64,000 nt of DNA, from NCBI GenBank assembly GCA_030390025.1, contig CM059432.1, positions 65,226,001-65,290,000 on the forward strand. The letters are read 5' to 3'. A program made the position numbers and the translations under genes. This document shows, piece after piece, positions 51,578 through 64,000 of the stretch. Numbering within the stretch: the stretch's first letter is position 1; every line of letters starts with the position of its first letter. Below the pieces are notes generated by a model. It searched no databases. It was not told the DNA's origin and was given only the letters and a program-made list of their open reading frames with translations. The DNA comes from Squalus acanthias. Lineage: Eukaryota.

Positions 51578-52337
51578 GGCCCTGAATTTCCGATCGGAGG
51601 CTTCCTGCGGGCGGATGCCTCCGATCGTAAAAAAATCTACGAACCTACCTGCTGGTTCCGTAGATCCCGAGGTTTCTGATCCTGGGCCTCTCCTGTTGGA
51701 AATGCGCAGAGGCCCAGGTATCCCAGGGGCGCATGTGGTTCGTAAGCGCCCCTGGGTTCACGTGGGCCATGGGGAACCAATCAAAGAAGGGAATCCCCCT
51801 TCATACTTTTGACAGGTCTGTAGGGACAGAACTGTCAAAAGTATGAATGGGGATCACATTTAAAAACACACTAAAACATTAAATATTTTTTTTTAATTAC
51901 ATAATTAACATTAATTAAAATTCCATTTAATTAAGTATTTTTAGAAATTTGGGGAGAAAAAACTAAATGTTTTTATGGGGCTAAAAATAAACTTATCTTT
52001 CTGAAGAGTATATTTAATTTATAAATGAGTTATGAAATTTCATTTTTCTATTTTTCAACACTCTTAAGCTGGTAAAAGCAGGCCTTACGCTTGCTTTTAC
52101 CAGGCGTAAGAATTCTATGGCCTTTCAGCGGGCGGAAGTTGTGCAAAAAGCGCAACTCTCCACCTGCAGAGGCACTTTACCCGGGCAGGCAGATGACCTG
52201 TCAAGAGAAATCTTGACAGATAGCAAGTGCCGGTTTTCAGCACATGCGCTTCGCATGCCTGAAAACCGGCACTTGCACGGCCCCTACGGATGCGTACACA
52301 CCTCGTACGCACCCATGGGGGTCGGAAAATCCAGCCC
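51578..52337. mobile_element. Harbinger-type MITE with internal hairpins
   Basis: Imperfect TIRs GGCCCTGAATTTCCGA / TCGGAAAATCCAGCCC; flanks AAT/ATT; internal IRs at 51801-51846 and 52060-52112. Confidence 0.6.
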
Positions 52338-52356
52338 ATTGACTTTACTATCCTCC

Positions 52357-54099
52357 AGGCTAAGTGAATGGGCAAGAACATGGCAAATTGAATATAATGT
52401 GGAGAAATGTGAAGTTATCCACTTTGGTAGGAAAAATAGAAAAGCAGAGTATTTTTTAAATGGTGAAAGATTGGGAAATGTTGGTGTTCAGAGGGACTTA
52501 GGTGCCCTTGTACACGAATAACTGAAAGTTAACATGCAGGTACAGCAAGCAATTAGGAAAGCAAATGGTATGTTGGCCTTTATTACAAGAGGATTTGAGT
52601 ATAAGAGTAAAGGGGGGATAAATTCAGTATCGCCCCATTTGGGGCGCAATTATCGGCTGGGCGCAAAGATTAGCGCCTGGCGCTAATTATCGCCACCGAC
52701 TGCAAACTTGACTTTTATCGCCCCTGGAGGTGATTGGAGTGCTAAATCAGGCGCTTCACACCTGTCTTAAGGCACAAAGGCCGAGGAGCGAGGCGCTACC
52801 TCAGAGCGCTGGCAAAGCTCATGTGATGTCAGTCAGCAATGGAACACACACACAATGGCACCGGCCAGTTCTTAAAGGGGATGGTTGATCTTGCTTTCAA
52901 TCCACATCCTGCTCATTGCAGCCTTGAATCTCTGCCTGGAGAGACCTGCACATCAAATCTGCTGGAAAGAACAATCGAGAGTACCAGGGAAAGAGCTTAG
53001 AGTGCAGACCCCACAGTCTCTTCTAAATCGATACAAGGAATGGCAAATCAAAATGAACCTGCAAAGTGCTGCTCAGTACCCAAAACTCCTTCACACAGCG
53101 TTGAATCTCTCCAGAAGTCTCTCTCTCTCTCTCTCAGAATGCGTGGTTCAAAAATGTCACCAACAATAAAAGGCAGGAAGCGGTCGCCTTTAAATAGTGC
53201 TCCCCCAGTCCCTTCATGACTGCAATTCGCTCCCCTCAACCTGTCGTTGCTAGCGTCAGGCGGTAAGGCAGGGGGCGCTACTCAATATCTGCTCCGGGGC
53301 GATACCGGGGCGTTGCGCACTCGACTGACGTCACGATCTGCCGGCGCAGGAGATCGTGGCGGTAGTGTTTAGCGCCACCGCAAAATGTCTAGTTAATTTC
53401 GCGAGCGGCGCAAACATCGCCGCGCCTGGGCGCTAGATGCTTTGCACCCCATTAGCGCCCTCTTAAGGCGCTAACGGGAGGCGCAACCAACTGAATTTTT
53501 CCCCCAAGATGTCTTACTGCAATAATATAGGGCCCTTGTGAGACCACACCTGGAATATTGTGTACAGTTTTGGTCTTCTTATCTAAGGAAGGATATACTT
53601 GCCATAGAGGGAGTGCAACGAAGGTTCACCAGACTGGTTCCTGGGATGGGGGGATTGCCCTATGAGGAGAGATTGAGTAGACTAGGCCTATATTCTCTAG
53701 AGTTTAGAAGAATGAGAGGTGATCTCATTGAAACATACAAAATTCTTACAGGACTTGACAGGGTAGATGCAGGGAGGATGTTTCCCCTGATGGGGAGTCT
53801 AGAACACAGGGTCACCGTCTCAGAATAAGGGGTCGGCCATTTAGGACTGAGATGAGGAGAAATTTCTTCACTCAGAGGGTGGTGAATCTTTGGAATTCTC
53901 TACCCCAGAGGGCTGTGGATGCTCAGTTGTTGAGTATATTCAAGACAGAGATCGATAGATTTTTGAATATTAAGGGAATCAAGGGATATGCAGGAAAGTG
54001 GAGTTGAGGTAGAAGATCAGCTATGATCTTGTTGAATGGCGGAGCAGGCTTGAAGGACCGAATGGCCTACTCCTGCTCCTATTTCTTATGTCCTTATGT
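52357..54099 (+). mobile_element. CR1 3' fragment interrupted by a MITE
   Basis: RLSEWARTWQ...[11 protein letters not shown]...3' tail; continuous once 52613-53505 is removed. Confidence 0.9.
52613..53505 (-). mobile_element. 893-bp MITE derived from family A Harbinger
   Basis: TIRs GGGGGATAAATTCAGT / ACTGAATTTTTCCCCC; TSD AAG. Both ends align to the reverse complement of 11213-10870 and 7330-6870. Confidence 0.92.
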
Positions 54100-54469
54100 A
54101 CTTTTAGTTGGTTTCCGGGATATATTATTAACTCGGTTCAGTTTCACATCCACTATTACCCATACATTCCAAGCGTTTCCTTTTTACATGAACCACAGCG
54201 CTTGGAACCCTTGTATATATTTTCTGTGCTTGGGGCCTGAAATTTGTGGAGAAACTTCCTACCCCTCCCCCCATCCCACTCCTTCTGCGTCCAGTGGCTA
54301 ATGCATCGGATAAGGAGCCCTCATCGCGTGCTGCCAGTGCTACTGTCCCTGATTGCTGAATCTTTATTCGTGAGAATGAGAGTCCATTAGATTTTGGTTT
54401 TCAGGCTGCTTTACAGGTGTAATTTTATTTTGTGTTGTCAGCTTTTTTAGGGCTGTGTAAACTTTTTTG

Positions 54470-54640
54470 ATGCAAAAGCAAAATACTGTAGAGGCGTTCA
54501 GCAGATCAGACAGCATCTGTGGAGAGACCTGAAACTTTAACCCTACTTTTCTCTTTCCACAGATGCTGCCTGATCTGTTAAGTCTTTCCAGCATTTTCTG
54601 TTTTTATTCAGCATTTTTGTAGCTATATTTCAGCTTTTCT
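54470..54640. mobile_element. Degenerate copy of the palindromic Penelope-type element
   Basis: cagcatctgtggaga...tccacagatgctgcctga arms; hammerhead core lost. Confidence 0.6.
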
Positions 54641-54811
54641 GTGTTTTGTAGGTTGGCATGTATAGTTACCGTCATACAAGGAAAACTTGCCTTTGGTACT
54701 GAACCACATTGACTTTCAATCTGGTATATTATCAAAGTATTGCGTTCCTCATTTGTTAAATATATTTTGCTTCTCATGTTGAAAATAAAATTAAATAAAT
54801 ACATAAATAAA

Positions 54812-55254
54812 TACTTGCATTTATATAATGCATTTCATGACCTCAGGACATCCAAAGCGCATTACAGCCAATGAAGTACTTTTGAAGTGTAGTCACTGTT
54901 GTAATATAGGAAACATGACAGCCCATTCGCGCACAGTACGGTCCCACAAACAGCAATGTGTTAATGACTAAATAATCTGTTTTAGTGATGTTGACTGATG
55001 GATAAATATTAGTCAGGACTTCCCTTCTCCTCTTTGAAATAGTGCCATGGCATCTTTTATGTCCACCTGAGAGACCAGACAGGGCTTCAATTTAACGTTT
55101 CATCCAAAAGGCGGCACCTCTGACAGTGCAGCACTCCGTCAGTACTACACTGGAGTGTCAGCCTAGATTTTGCGCTCAAGTCCCTGGAGTGGGACTTGAA
55201 CCCACAACCTCTGACTCAGAGACAAGATAGCTACCATTGAGTCATGGCTAATAC
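54812..55254 (-). mobile_element. tRNA-derived SINE with L2-like tail
   Basis: Reverse complement of the 41117-41597 family. Confidence 0.85.
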
Positions 55255-55850
55255 CTTACCTTCAACAGTCTTCAACAATTCACCAATAAATGTTCTGCTT
55301 TTTAATAACATGTGGAAACACATTTAACTCTTGTATTAAGATAGAAGCAAACACACACTCCATCCTTCATGCACACTTTCAACTCTATACTCACACATAC
55401 TTTATACATTCTCATAAAAACAATGAAGTAATCATACACATCAACATTCACACCATCTGCTTTTCAGTATTGGCATGGTTTTATATCGTACAAGATACTT
55501 TTGTGTACAGATGCAGGGTCTTTTCGGCACATACTGTTTGAAATGTTAGTTTAATCATCACTCTTAGCCAATCGAGCTGACAGAATGAATCATATGTGTT
55601 CGTATGTGTAGTGACAGATGATGACAGATTGGCCTCAGTGAATCCGAGTTTTCTTGTAAATGCATCAAAAAGAATAAATTTATGATTTGTTTCACAGTGA
55701 CCAGAGCAACTTTTCCCCTCAATCTGACGTGGATGATCTCCATACATGCGTTTTACACATGGATCCAGTAACATTAAAATGAGTAATGGAATTCCATAAC
55801 AGCTCTTGAGGCCTTAACATACACATTTTTTCTTTTATTAGGGCACTTTT

Positions 55851-56695
55851 GGAAAGGATTTTGCCAGCCCTGGGGAGGCGGGTTTGGAGGCGGGACTGCC
55901 GGGAAAATGGCAGAATCTGGGGGCGGGTACCCATCCCGCCCCCAACCCGCCTCTGTGCCATCTTCCCAGGAGGCGGGTAGCCGACCCACGCCGGGTTCCA
56001 TCTCCTGGAGGCGGGAAGGGGATTACAGCCACTTAACTGCCTGTTAACAGGTAGTTAACAGGCAGTTAAGAGGATTATCCCCATTTTTCCACCAGAGGCG
56101 CGGGCTTCCCGACGTCGGGAAACCCCGCCAGGGTCACCGAGGCGAGCAGTGGGTCTGCGGGGGTATGCGGGGTGCAAAAGTGCGCTGTGGAGGTAAGTGA
56201 TGGGTGCAAGTGTGGAGAGGTAAGTATGTGAGGTGAGTGTAAAGTGAAAGAAAATGTTTACTTACCTTTGTTTCTTCCTGCAAGCTTCAATCGTTGGGGA
56301 ACCAGAGACTCCCGCATCTCACCGGCAGAGATGACAGATGGCTGCGGCATTCTCCGATGCAACAGCCATCTGATTTCTGCTCACAAAAGAGGTTTGATGA
56401 GTCTTGAATACAAGGACTCATCAAACAACAGAGAATGTCAGTGTTTGACAGCTTCTCAAAGCTGTCAAACGATGACAATTCATCTATCAAAAATTTTTGA
56501 CTGATGAAACGTCATATGCTGACGTTCTCTGTAACTGGCTTCCCCTTAATTGGCCTGCTAAGCCCGCTAGGCTGGCTTAACAAGGTCAATCAAGGGAAAT
56601 AGCGTGGGTTGGACACAAGTCGATGGAGGTGGGACTAAAACCCGACAAGCAGCAGTCCCGCCTTCAACGCGCCTCCATTGGCAAAATCACCCCCT
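55851..56695. mobile_element. Harbinger family-B-like MITE
   Basis: GATTTTGCCA ... TGGCAAAATCACCCC; dense GGCGGG/CCCGCC subterminal motifs like 14810-14960. Confidence 0.6.
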
Positions 56696-56919
56696 AAGAG
56701 ATCTAAGTGACAACAATATCAATGACATGATGATATTATTACATTGACAATGATATGTCACGAAAAATATTATTATCTTTAATAAAAGCAAATCTAAAAT
56801 TACAAATCACACTCTGTGATAGTTTAAGCTGCATTAACTATTAAGGATAAACTTTCTGGTCCCAGTGCAGAGGAGCCAAGACCAATCACAGGGAGTAAAG
56901 TACTTGCTGAAAGCTGCCA

Positions 56920-58527
56920 AGTCCAAACTTAAAGGAATTAATATTAGTAGATCCCCTGGACCTGATGGCCTATGTCCTAGGGTTCTAAAAGAGATGGCTG
57001 CAGAGATAGTGGATGCATTGGTTGTGATCTTCCAAGATTCCCTAGATTCAGGAAATGTCCCAGCAGATTGGAAGGTAGCAAATGTAACCCCACTATTCAA
57101 GAAAGGAGGAAGAGAGAAAACCAAGAACTACAGGCCAGTTAGTCTGACATCAGTCATCGGAAAAATGCTGGAATCCATTATAAAGGAAGTGGTAACAGGG
57201 TACTTAGAAAATCATAATATGACTAGGCAGAGTCAACATGGTTTTATGAAAGGGAAATCGTGTTTGAAAAATGTATTAAAATTTTTTGAGGATGTAACTA
57301 GCAGGGTAGATAAAGGGGAACCAGTGGATGTAGTATATTTGGATTTCCAAAAAGCATTCGATAAGTTGCCGCATAAAAGGTTGTTAAGCAAGATAACGGC
57401 TCATGGGGTTTGGGATAAGCTATTAGCATGGATAGAGGATTGGTTACCAGACAGAAAACAGAGAGTAGGGATAAACAGGTCATTTTCAGATTGGCAGGCT
57501 GTATAACTAGTAAGATGCCACAAGGATCAGTGCTTGGGTCTCAGCTATTTACAATCTATATTAATGACTTGGATGAAGGGACCGAGTGCAATATATCCAA
57601 GTTTGCTGACAATACAAAGCTAGGTAGAAAAGTAAGATGTGAGGAGGACGCAAAGAGCCTGCAAAGGATATAGGCAGGTTAAGTGAGTGGGCAATAACGT
57701 GGCAGATGGAGTATAATATGGGGAAAAGTGAGGTTATTCACTTTGGTAGGAAGAATAGAAAAACAGAATATTTTTTAAATGGTGAGAAACTATTAATGTT
57801 GGTGTTCAGAGAGGTTTGGGTGTCCTAGTACAAGAAACACAGAGAGTTAGCATGCAGGTACAGCAAGCAATTGGAAAGGCAAATGGCATGTTGGCCTTTA
57901 TTGCTAGAGGGTTGGAATACAAGAGTAAGGAAGTCTTGCTACAATTGTACAGGGCTCGGGTGAGACCACACCTGGAGTACTGTGCACAGTTTTGGTCTCC
58001 TTATTTAAAGAAGCATATACTTGCCTTAGAGGCAGTGCAACAAAGGTTCACTAGATTGAACCCTGGGATGAGAGGGTTGTCCTATGAGGAGAGATTGAGT
58101 AGATTGGGCCTATACTCTCTGGAGTTCAGAAGATTGAGAGGTGATCGCATTGAAACATATAAGATTCTGAGGGGGATTGACAGGGTAGATGCTGAGATTG
58201 TTTTCCCTGGCTGGAGAGTCTACAACTAAGGGGCACATTCTCAGGATAAGGGGCTGGCCTTTTAAGACTGAAATGAGGAGGAATTTCTTTACTCAGAGGG
58301 TTGTGAATCTTTGGAATTCTCTGCCCCAAAGGGCTGTGGATGCTCAGTCGTTGAGTCAAGGCTGAGATAGACAGATTTTTGAACTCTAGAGGAATTAAGG
58401 GATATGGGGATAGGGCAGGAAAGTGGTATTGAGGTCGAAGATCAGCCATGATCTCATTGAATGGCAGAGCAGGCTCGAGGGGCCTAGGGCCTGCTCCTGC
58501 TCTTAATTTTTATGTTCTTATGTTCTT
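56920..58527 (+). mobile_element. 5'-truncated CR1 LINE
   Basis: SPGPDGL.PRVLKE...YRPVSLTS...YLDFQKAFD...3' tail ttatgttcttatgttctta. Confidence 0.92.
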
Positions 58528-59858
58528 AACTTTAGGAGCCTGGAGGATCGATAAAGGCTGCCCCTTATTGGTGTAACAAGGCTGCCATCTCTTTGGTCTA
58601 AATCCACCAATAAGGAAGGCATCTCTTAATCCTTCAGACCGATGAAGCTCAAAACACTGAAGCCAGTGAGAGAAGAAAATTGCAAACTAGTGCATCAATT
58701 TCAAAAACAGCTTTGCAGACCAGATATTAGGAGCATATGAGCTGAATCTGATTTGCAGCCATGTATTCAACAATCTTGCTATAGTGCACAAATAATTAAT
58801 TTACAATAAATTCAACTAGAATTATTGCTTAATGCTTAATCAGCTTCTTATGGCAAATTCTTGGTATGACACAGCGTCTTGTCATAATATGCAAGCCACC
58901 TGCTAGTATAATCCAATGCACCAAACATTTATTGATACTGCCGCAGAACTTCTCAGCCCTGAAAGGTCCTAGTTTTTATACCTTTAAGTTTTTGAAGATA
59001 GAGCTATTAACCAATCATCATCAAAGGAAGAATGGCACAATCTTAAATCATAATATGGTGAAAGCGATCCAATGGAATGTTAATAAACAAGTAAACACAC
59101 ATTGTCTGGGGTCTGAGCTGTCCTTACACACATTAGCCAGACATTCTTAAGATGAAACAACAATGAAAATGCATTTATTATGAGACATCAATTAACTAAC
59201 CAACATCATGTGAACTGATCTCCAAGCACGTAATATACTAATTGATAGAAAATGCAAAATTCGTACTGCTGTGAACAGATTGTTACCTTTGAAATAGCAT
59301 TAACTAATTATATTAGTTGTGATGAAGCAATAGAAACCTTTTGAAACATGAACCATCAAAACATCAAAACAAAACTTTTAATGCCATAATGGGCTGAGTA
59401 TCACTCCTTCCACTGGTCGAAGTTCTGCCCATTGCGCTAAACCTGCCATGAGTCTGACCCGTCTTCTTACTCACACACAGTGGGCTCCTGGCAGAATCTC
59501 CAAAAGGAGCACTGGGGGCCTTCCATCCATGCTCCAGGGATGACTTCCACTCATCTCCTGCCAGAAGTCGAAGGCAGCAAAATCAGCCGAGTTATCAGGA
59601 CCTCTGCCATCATTTACATGGAGTGGTGAATAGGTGGCCGGCAGCCTTTCCTGCTGTCTCAGGGGGATTAAAAAACAGGTTGGGATGCGAAGAAATGATA
59701 AGCCTTGATTTCCCTGCACTCCACTGTCCAAGTTTGCAAAATCCATCTTAGTAAGTATACTTTTCATACTTTAAAAATAAATCAGCACACATTTCCCAAT
59801 TTGTAATACTCCTTTTTGAGCCTAGAATCATCACTCAACAATGGAAAATCATACCTAC

Positions 59859-60131
59859 CTTGTACAATGATGGACGCTGAGGATTGGATGGAATCTTGAT
59901 TGTTACTGGCATGACAGATGAACTGGCCGTGGTCCTGGAGGGTGACGTTGCGAATAAATAGGCCACCTGAGGAAGTGGTGGTGTACCTGGAGTGTGTAGG
60001 GAGCAGCTCTCCATTCCCTTTAGTCCATGTAACCCGGGGCTGGGGATGCCCAATGGCACTGCACTCCAGAGTGATACTTGATCCGACTAGAACCTCAGTG
60101 TTTTGTGGCTGAATCACAAAACTGGGCTTGG
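59859..60131 (-). CDS. PXDN: Peroxidasin-family internal exon (complete Ig domain: KPSFVIQPQNTEVLVGSSITLECSAIGHPQPRVTWTKG...SASIIVQ)
   Basis: Acceptor ttttctgctctAG, donor GTAGGT; 273 bp, phase 1-1. Splices in frame to the upstream exon (A+CC = Thr). Sequence matches the peroxidasin motif FVIQPQNTEVLVG.S.TLECSA.GHP.P. Confidence 0.92.
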
Positions 60132-62744
60132 CTAGAGCAGAAAATTGTGGCACATTAAAACACTCATTTTAAATATTCTATACTTTGGTTGATTAACATT
60201 CCTTAACTGCCAAACTAGGTAGACTAGGTGTACGGTATTTTAGGGTTAACGTGTAAGGGGTGGATTCTTATCTTCACAGCAGGGCCCTACTGATATAAAT
60301 CTGCCTTAATGCCGACCCTTATGTTGGGGTCATTTGGAATAGAAAATTCTGCAAGTGATTCAGCTGGACCATTGCTGTAGCACCAGAAGAGATGGCTGGC
60401 CAATTAAATGGGGCTTCTAGATGAGCTCCAAAGAGGACAACAACACGCTTTTTAGGCCTCAGCCACTATTCAAGCCCCTCTTGAATCGAATTTGGGGACT
60501 TACTCTCATTGCTTCAGGGTCTATTTCCACCTTTCTTCTGGCTGTTCCTGGGGTTGATACATACAGTGGCAGTAAGGAGAGAAATCGGATTGAAACCCAA
60601 GACCCACATCACCCACTGGCATTTACATGCAGCAAGTGGGAACGGGGCAGATCGCAGCCATTCCAGTAGGGACAGGGGGAGGGAAATTGATGTCCGGCGG
60701 AAACATGGTGGGTTTTGTTTGATGCTTCCCCATTTCCATCCCGCCAATTTTTGGTGGAACAGCAATGGAATATCCAGCTCTTGAGAGTCCCTATCACATA
60801 TTCCTTTTAGACTACACCAGGCCAGTTAAAATGATCAGAAGCAATCTCTGTGCTTTTGGGATGATTATCAGTATCATCCATAAATATGTCCCTTAAAGCA
60901 GAACTAAGATAACTTTTAAAATAGCACTGTCTTTATGAAAGCATGTTTGCTAATCATCTCCCATTATTTTACAAACACAATAACATAAATCACATTGGAA
61001 CATGACATTGCATTACTTATGCGCTCTCTTATTGTGATGAAAATGATACAATGAACTGCTTGGTATTTTCCAATCCCAAACAGAAAAAAGCTTGAAAAAT
61101 TTTTCTTGAAGAAAGTGATAGTTTAAAGAGAATGTGATCAGTCAGCAATGACTTTCTATTCATTGTTCCTTTTAATATGGGCCTATTGAAGATCCAAGAC
61201 ATTAGATGCCATCAAATTTGAAAAACATTGCCTCACCTAAAACTTCCCAAGTCTGATTCATCTTTTTAAAGTTATGCAAATTGTATTGAAATTGATATGA
61301 AAACACTCTGGTATTCAAAAAAGGCATCATCATTTATATTCCACAAAAATCAGACTTGTAAGCAGATGAAACAGAACTTTAAAGAGATGAGGACAGGATT
61401 GGGCATGACTGTAAGGCTTCACATGGGAGAACAGCCCACCGTAATTTGCTTACACCTTCCTCCCCCTTTAATTAGAACGTGCTCCACCTATACTTTAATT
61501 AAACAGGAAAGAGTAAAGAAAATACTTTTCATTCTAAGTTCAGCAGGCTTCAAACGTTGGAACGGCATCACAGGCCACCCCAATCCAGCTACTCACAACA
61601 TAAACTACGTGTGTCTTTGGGAGAGCTGTCATATCAAACATTCACAATGTTCGATATTAATTTTGCTTCTCATTTTTATATTTGAATTCAAATATTAGTG
61701 CCAATATGTCAACAATTTTTCTTTAGGCAACCTCAATCACGTGAATTTCACACTGAAATTCAGACTTGTACTGTAATTGTATTTTATGCTCTATCTGAAC
61801 AAATGGTCACATTTTAAGAGCACAATGTAATCTGACAGTAAACTGTGGGCTGTGTGATAGCATGCAGTTATAATGCATTTTAGTGCGTTACATGTTTTAG
61901 GTCTGTGGACACTCCTGAATCAAGAGTATGCCCATACTGTCAAATATCCAATTATACAATATTGGAACAATAGGAGCCCTTGTGATCTAACCTGCACTTA
62001 TTAGCCATTAATTTCTATGGTGTTCTCTTGATTGTCCACCATACCTTCAGCAGAAAATCTGTGGAATCCACAGAGAAATGGTGTAAAATCCATTTAAGCT
62101 GTTTCTCAGGAGCTTCCACAGATCTTCCACCAGATTTATGCCAGACGACCGGGAGGACCACCGGGGAAATTAATCCCGCTTGTCTTTTACATGTGCCCTC
62201 ACATGTGTTCCTCCAGTTTATCTAAAGGCAGAATAAAATAATTTGGTGAGATGAGGCTAGAAGTGAATCATAAATTGCTTTATTTTGCGGACTGCATGTG
62301 AACGAATAGAGTAACTAACAGATGTAATCAAATCTCACTTTGATTCAACTGCTGTTATTCTCCCAAAATAAATAAGGGCATCCTGCCTTAATGGACCTGG
62401 GTGAGACAATTGACCCACATTGCATCAGTTACAATAGACTGTGAGCTGTGATGTTCTGCAAACTAGCTCATCTGGCTTTAATGCACATCTTCAATGCCTG
62501 CAACCTATGGCTTTATTTTAAAATCAGTGCAAAAGTCACTTTATTTTAAAACAGACACTAATTTAATCTAAATTCCTTTCCATAAAGAAAGAAAAAAATT
62601 AATGATCCCAAAACGTGATACAAAGTACAGCTTTTTAACAATTCAACATAAAACTGCTGTGAGAATAGGACAGCAAGCAAGAAAACATTGGACAAATAAA
62701 ACAGGAAAGAAATAAAGAACACACTAATGTGGATGATTTCTTAC

Positions 62745-62914
62745 TTGGAGTACCAAAGTATCGGAGTAAAACGCCTTGGGTTGTGGCCTCTCCCACTACA
62801 TTTTTGGCCATGCACTGGTATGTCCCCTGGTCAGATTCCTGTGTGTTCTGGATCATTAAGGTACCATCATCTAGTAAATTCAGACGAATGTCATTCTTCA
62901 TGTGTAATTCATTG
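62745..62914 (-). CDS. PXDN: Peroxidasin-family internal exon (C-terminal part of an Ig domain: [56 protein letters not shown])
   Basis: Translation closely matches vertebrate peroxidasin from recall ([29 protein letters not shown]). Acceptor ttttattctAG before 62914 and donor GTAAGA after 62745; 170 bp, phase-1 end. PXDN vs PXDNL paralogue not resolved. Confidence 0.9.
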
Positions 62915-63429
62915 CTAGAATAAAATAGAGATGTAAACAGTCAAAACGGTCTCAGACTAATTGAAGGAATGGCTGTATTACATCTTTGTGAACTCTTCTG
63001 CTTAACTTTGGGTAAAACACAAAGATCAGGGGAAAGAATTTCTCTGGTTGCTGTGTGTAGCAAAATTGTAAATATATTGAAGCAAAAATCTGTGGCTGTT
63101 TTGGCACATTCCCAGTGTAACTTCAGTGGAAGTAGATTGGAAAGGCGAGAAAGTGTACCAGGATCAAGATACACCTTGGCACAAAAATTTTGGGGGGGCG
63201 CAGGTTGGAATCCATATGCCTAAATGGTGAGGCCTGAGGTGCCCCTGATATTGGGAGTCGGGCATCAGCCAGCAAAGTGTAAACAAAGATTGGGCCAATG
63301 CTAGCATTGTAGCTACCCTCAGGCAAGTGAGGGCCTGGGAGGGAGAAACGGAGGCCGGGGAGGGGGGTGCGGGAATCCAAAGCTTGGGGGGAGGGGGTCA
63401 TCAGAGGCAGTGTCAGGTCGGGAGATCAG

Positions 63430-64000
63430 AGACCAGAGAGGGGGATTGGAGGCTGGAGAGGGGGAATCGGAGGCTGGAGAGGGGGATCGGAGGCTGGAGA
63501 GGGGGATCGGAGGCTGGAGAGGGGGATCGGAGGCTGGAGAGGGGGATCGGAGGCTGGAGAGGGGGATCGGAGGCTGGAGAGGGGGAATCAGAGGCTGGAG
63601 AGGGGGAATCAGAGGCTGGAGAGGGGGATCGGGAGGCTGGAGAGGGGGGAATCAGAGGCTGGAGAGGGGGATCGGAGGCTGGAGAGGGGGATCGGAGGCT
63701 GGAGAGGGGGATCAGAGGCTGGAGAGGGGGATCGGAGGCTGGAGAGGGGGAATCAGACACCAGAGAGGGGGATCGGAGGCTGGAGAGGGGGATCGGAGGC
63801 TGGAGAGGGGTATCGGAGGCTGGAGAGGGGGCTCGGAGGCTGGAGAGGGGGATCGGAGGCTGGAGATGGGGATCGGAGGCTGGAGAGGGGGATCGGAGGC
63901 TGGAGAGGGGGATCGGAGGCTGGAGAGGGGGAATCAGATGCCAGAGAGGGGGATCGGAGGCTGGAGAGGGGGATCGGAGGCTGGAGAGGGGGATCGGAGG
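63430..64000 (+). repeat. G-rich 20-bp minisatellite (GGAGGCTGGAGAGGGGGATC)n, running off the window end
   Basis: More than 25 near-identical units visible. Confidence 0.95.

Noticed and set aside
61815..61855. Minus-strand PQFTV peptide resembling the start of the next peroxidasin Ig exon
   Set aside because: Lies between the two real exons (wrong order), similarity ends after five residues, and no compatible frame.
63413..63760. Pro/Ser-rich 115-aa ORF (similarly 29481-29825)
   Set aside because: Translation of minisatellite or low-complexity DNA.

Overview
Eukaryotic, repeat-dense genomic DNA, most likely a cartilaginous fish (inferred from the CR1, L2, SINE and Penelope repertoire). The only host gene seen is a peroxidasin-family gene (PXDN/PXDNL) on the minus strand, with two Ig-domain exons at 62914-62745 and 60131-59859. 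I could not find the next expected exon, so ~59.8 kb appears to be one giant intron. The intron holds nested mobile elements. PIF/Harbinger DNA transposons include one near-complete 4.3-kb two-gene copy (DDE transposase plus a 3-exon Myb/SANT protein gene), several ~3.2-kb copies that kept the Myb gene but lost the transposase, MITEs and old fossils. There are also a near full-length CR1 LINE with an esterase ORF1, many CR1 and L2 fragments, tRNA-derived SINEs, a Penelope RT/GIY-YIG remnant and palindromic Penelope-type termini carrying minimal hammerhead ribozyme motifs. Most notable: paired hammerhead motifs, a single D-to-N change at a catalytic Asp of an otherwise intact transposase, recurrent Myb-only Harbingers with variable coiled-coil heptad number, non-canonical 3-bp TSDs and family-specific subterminal motifs.
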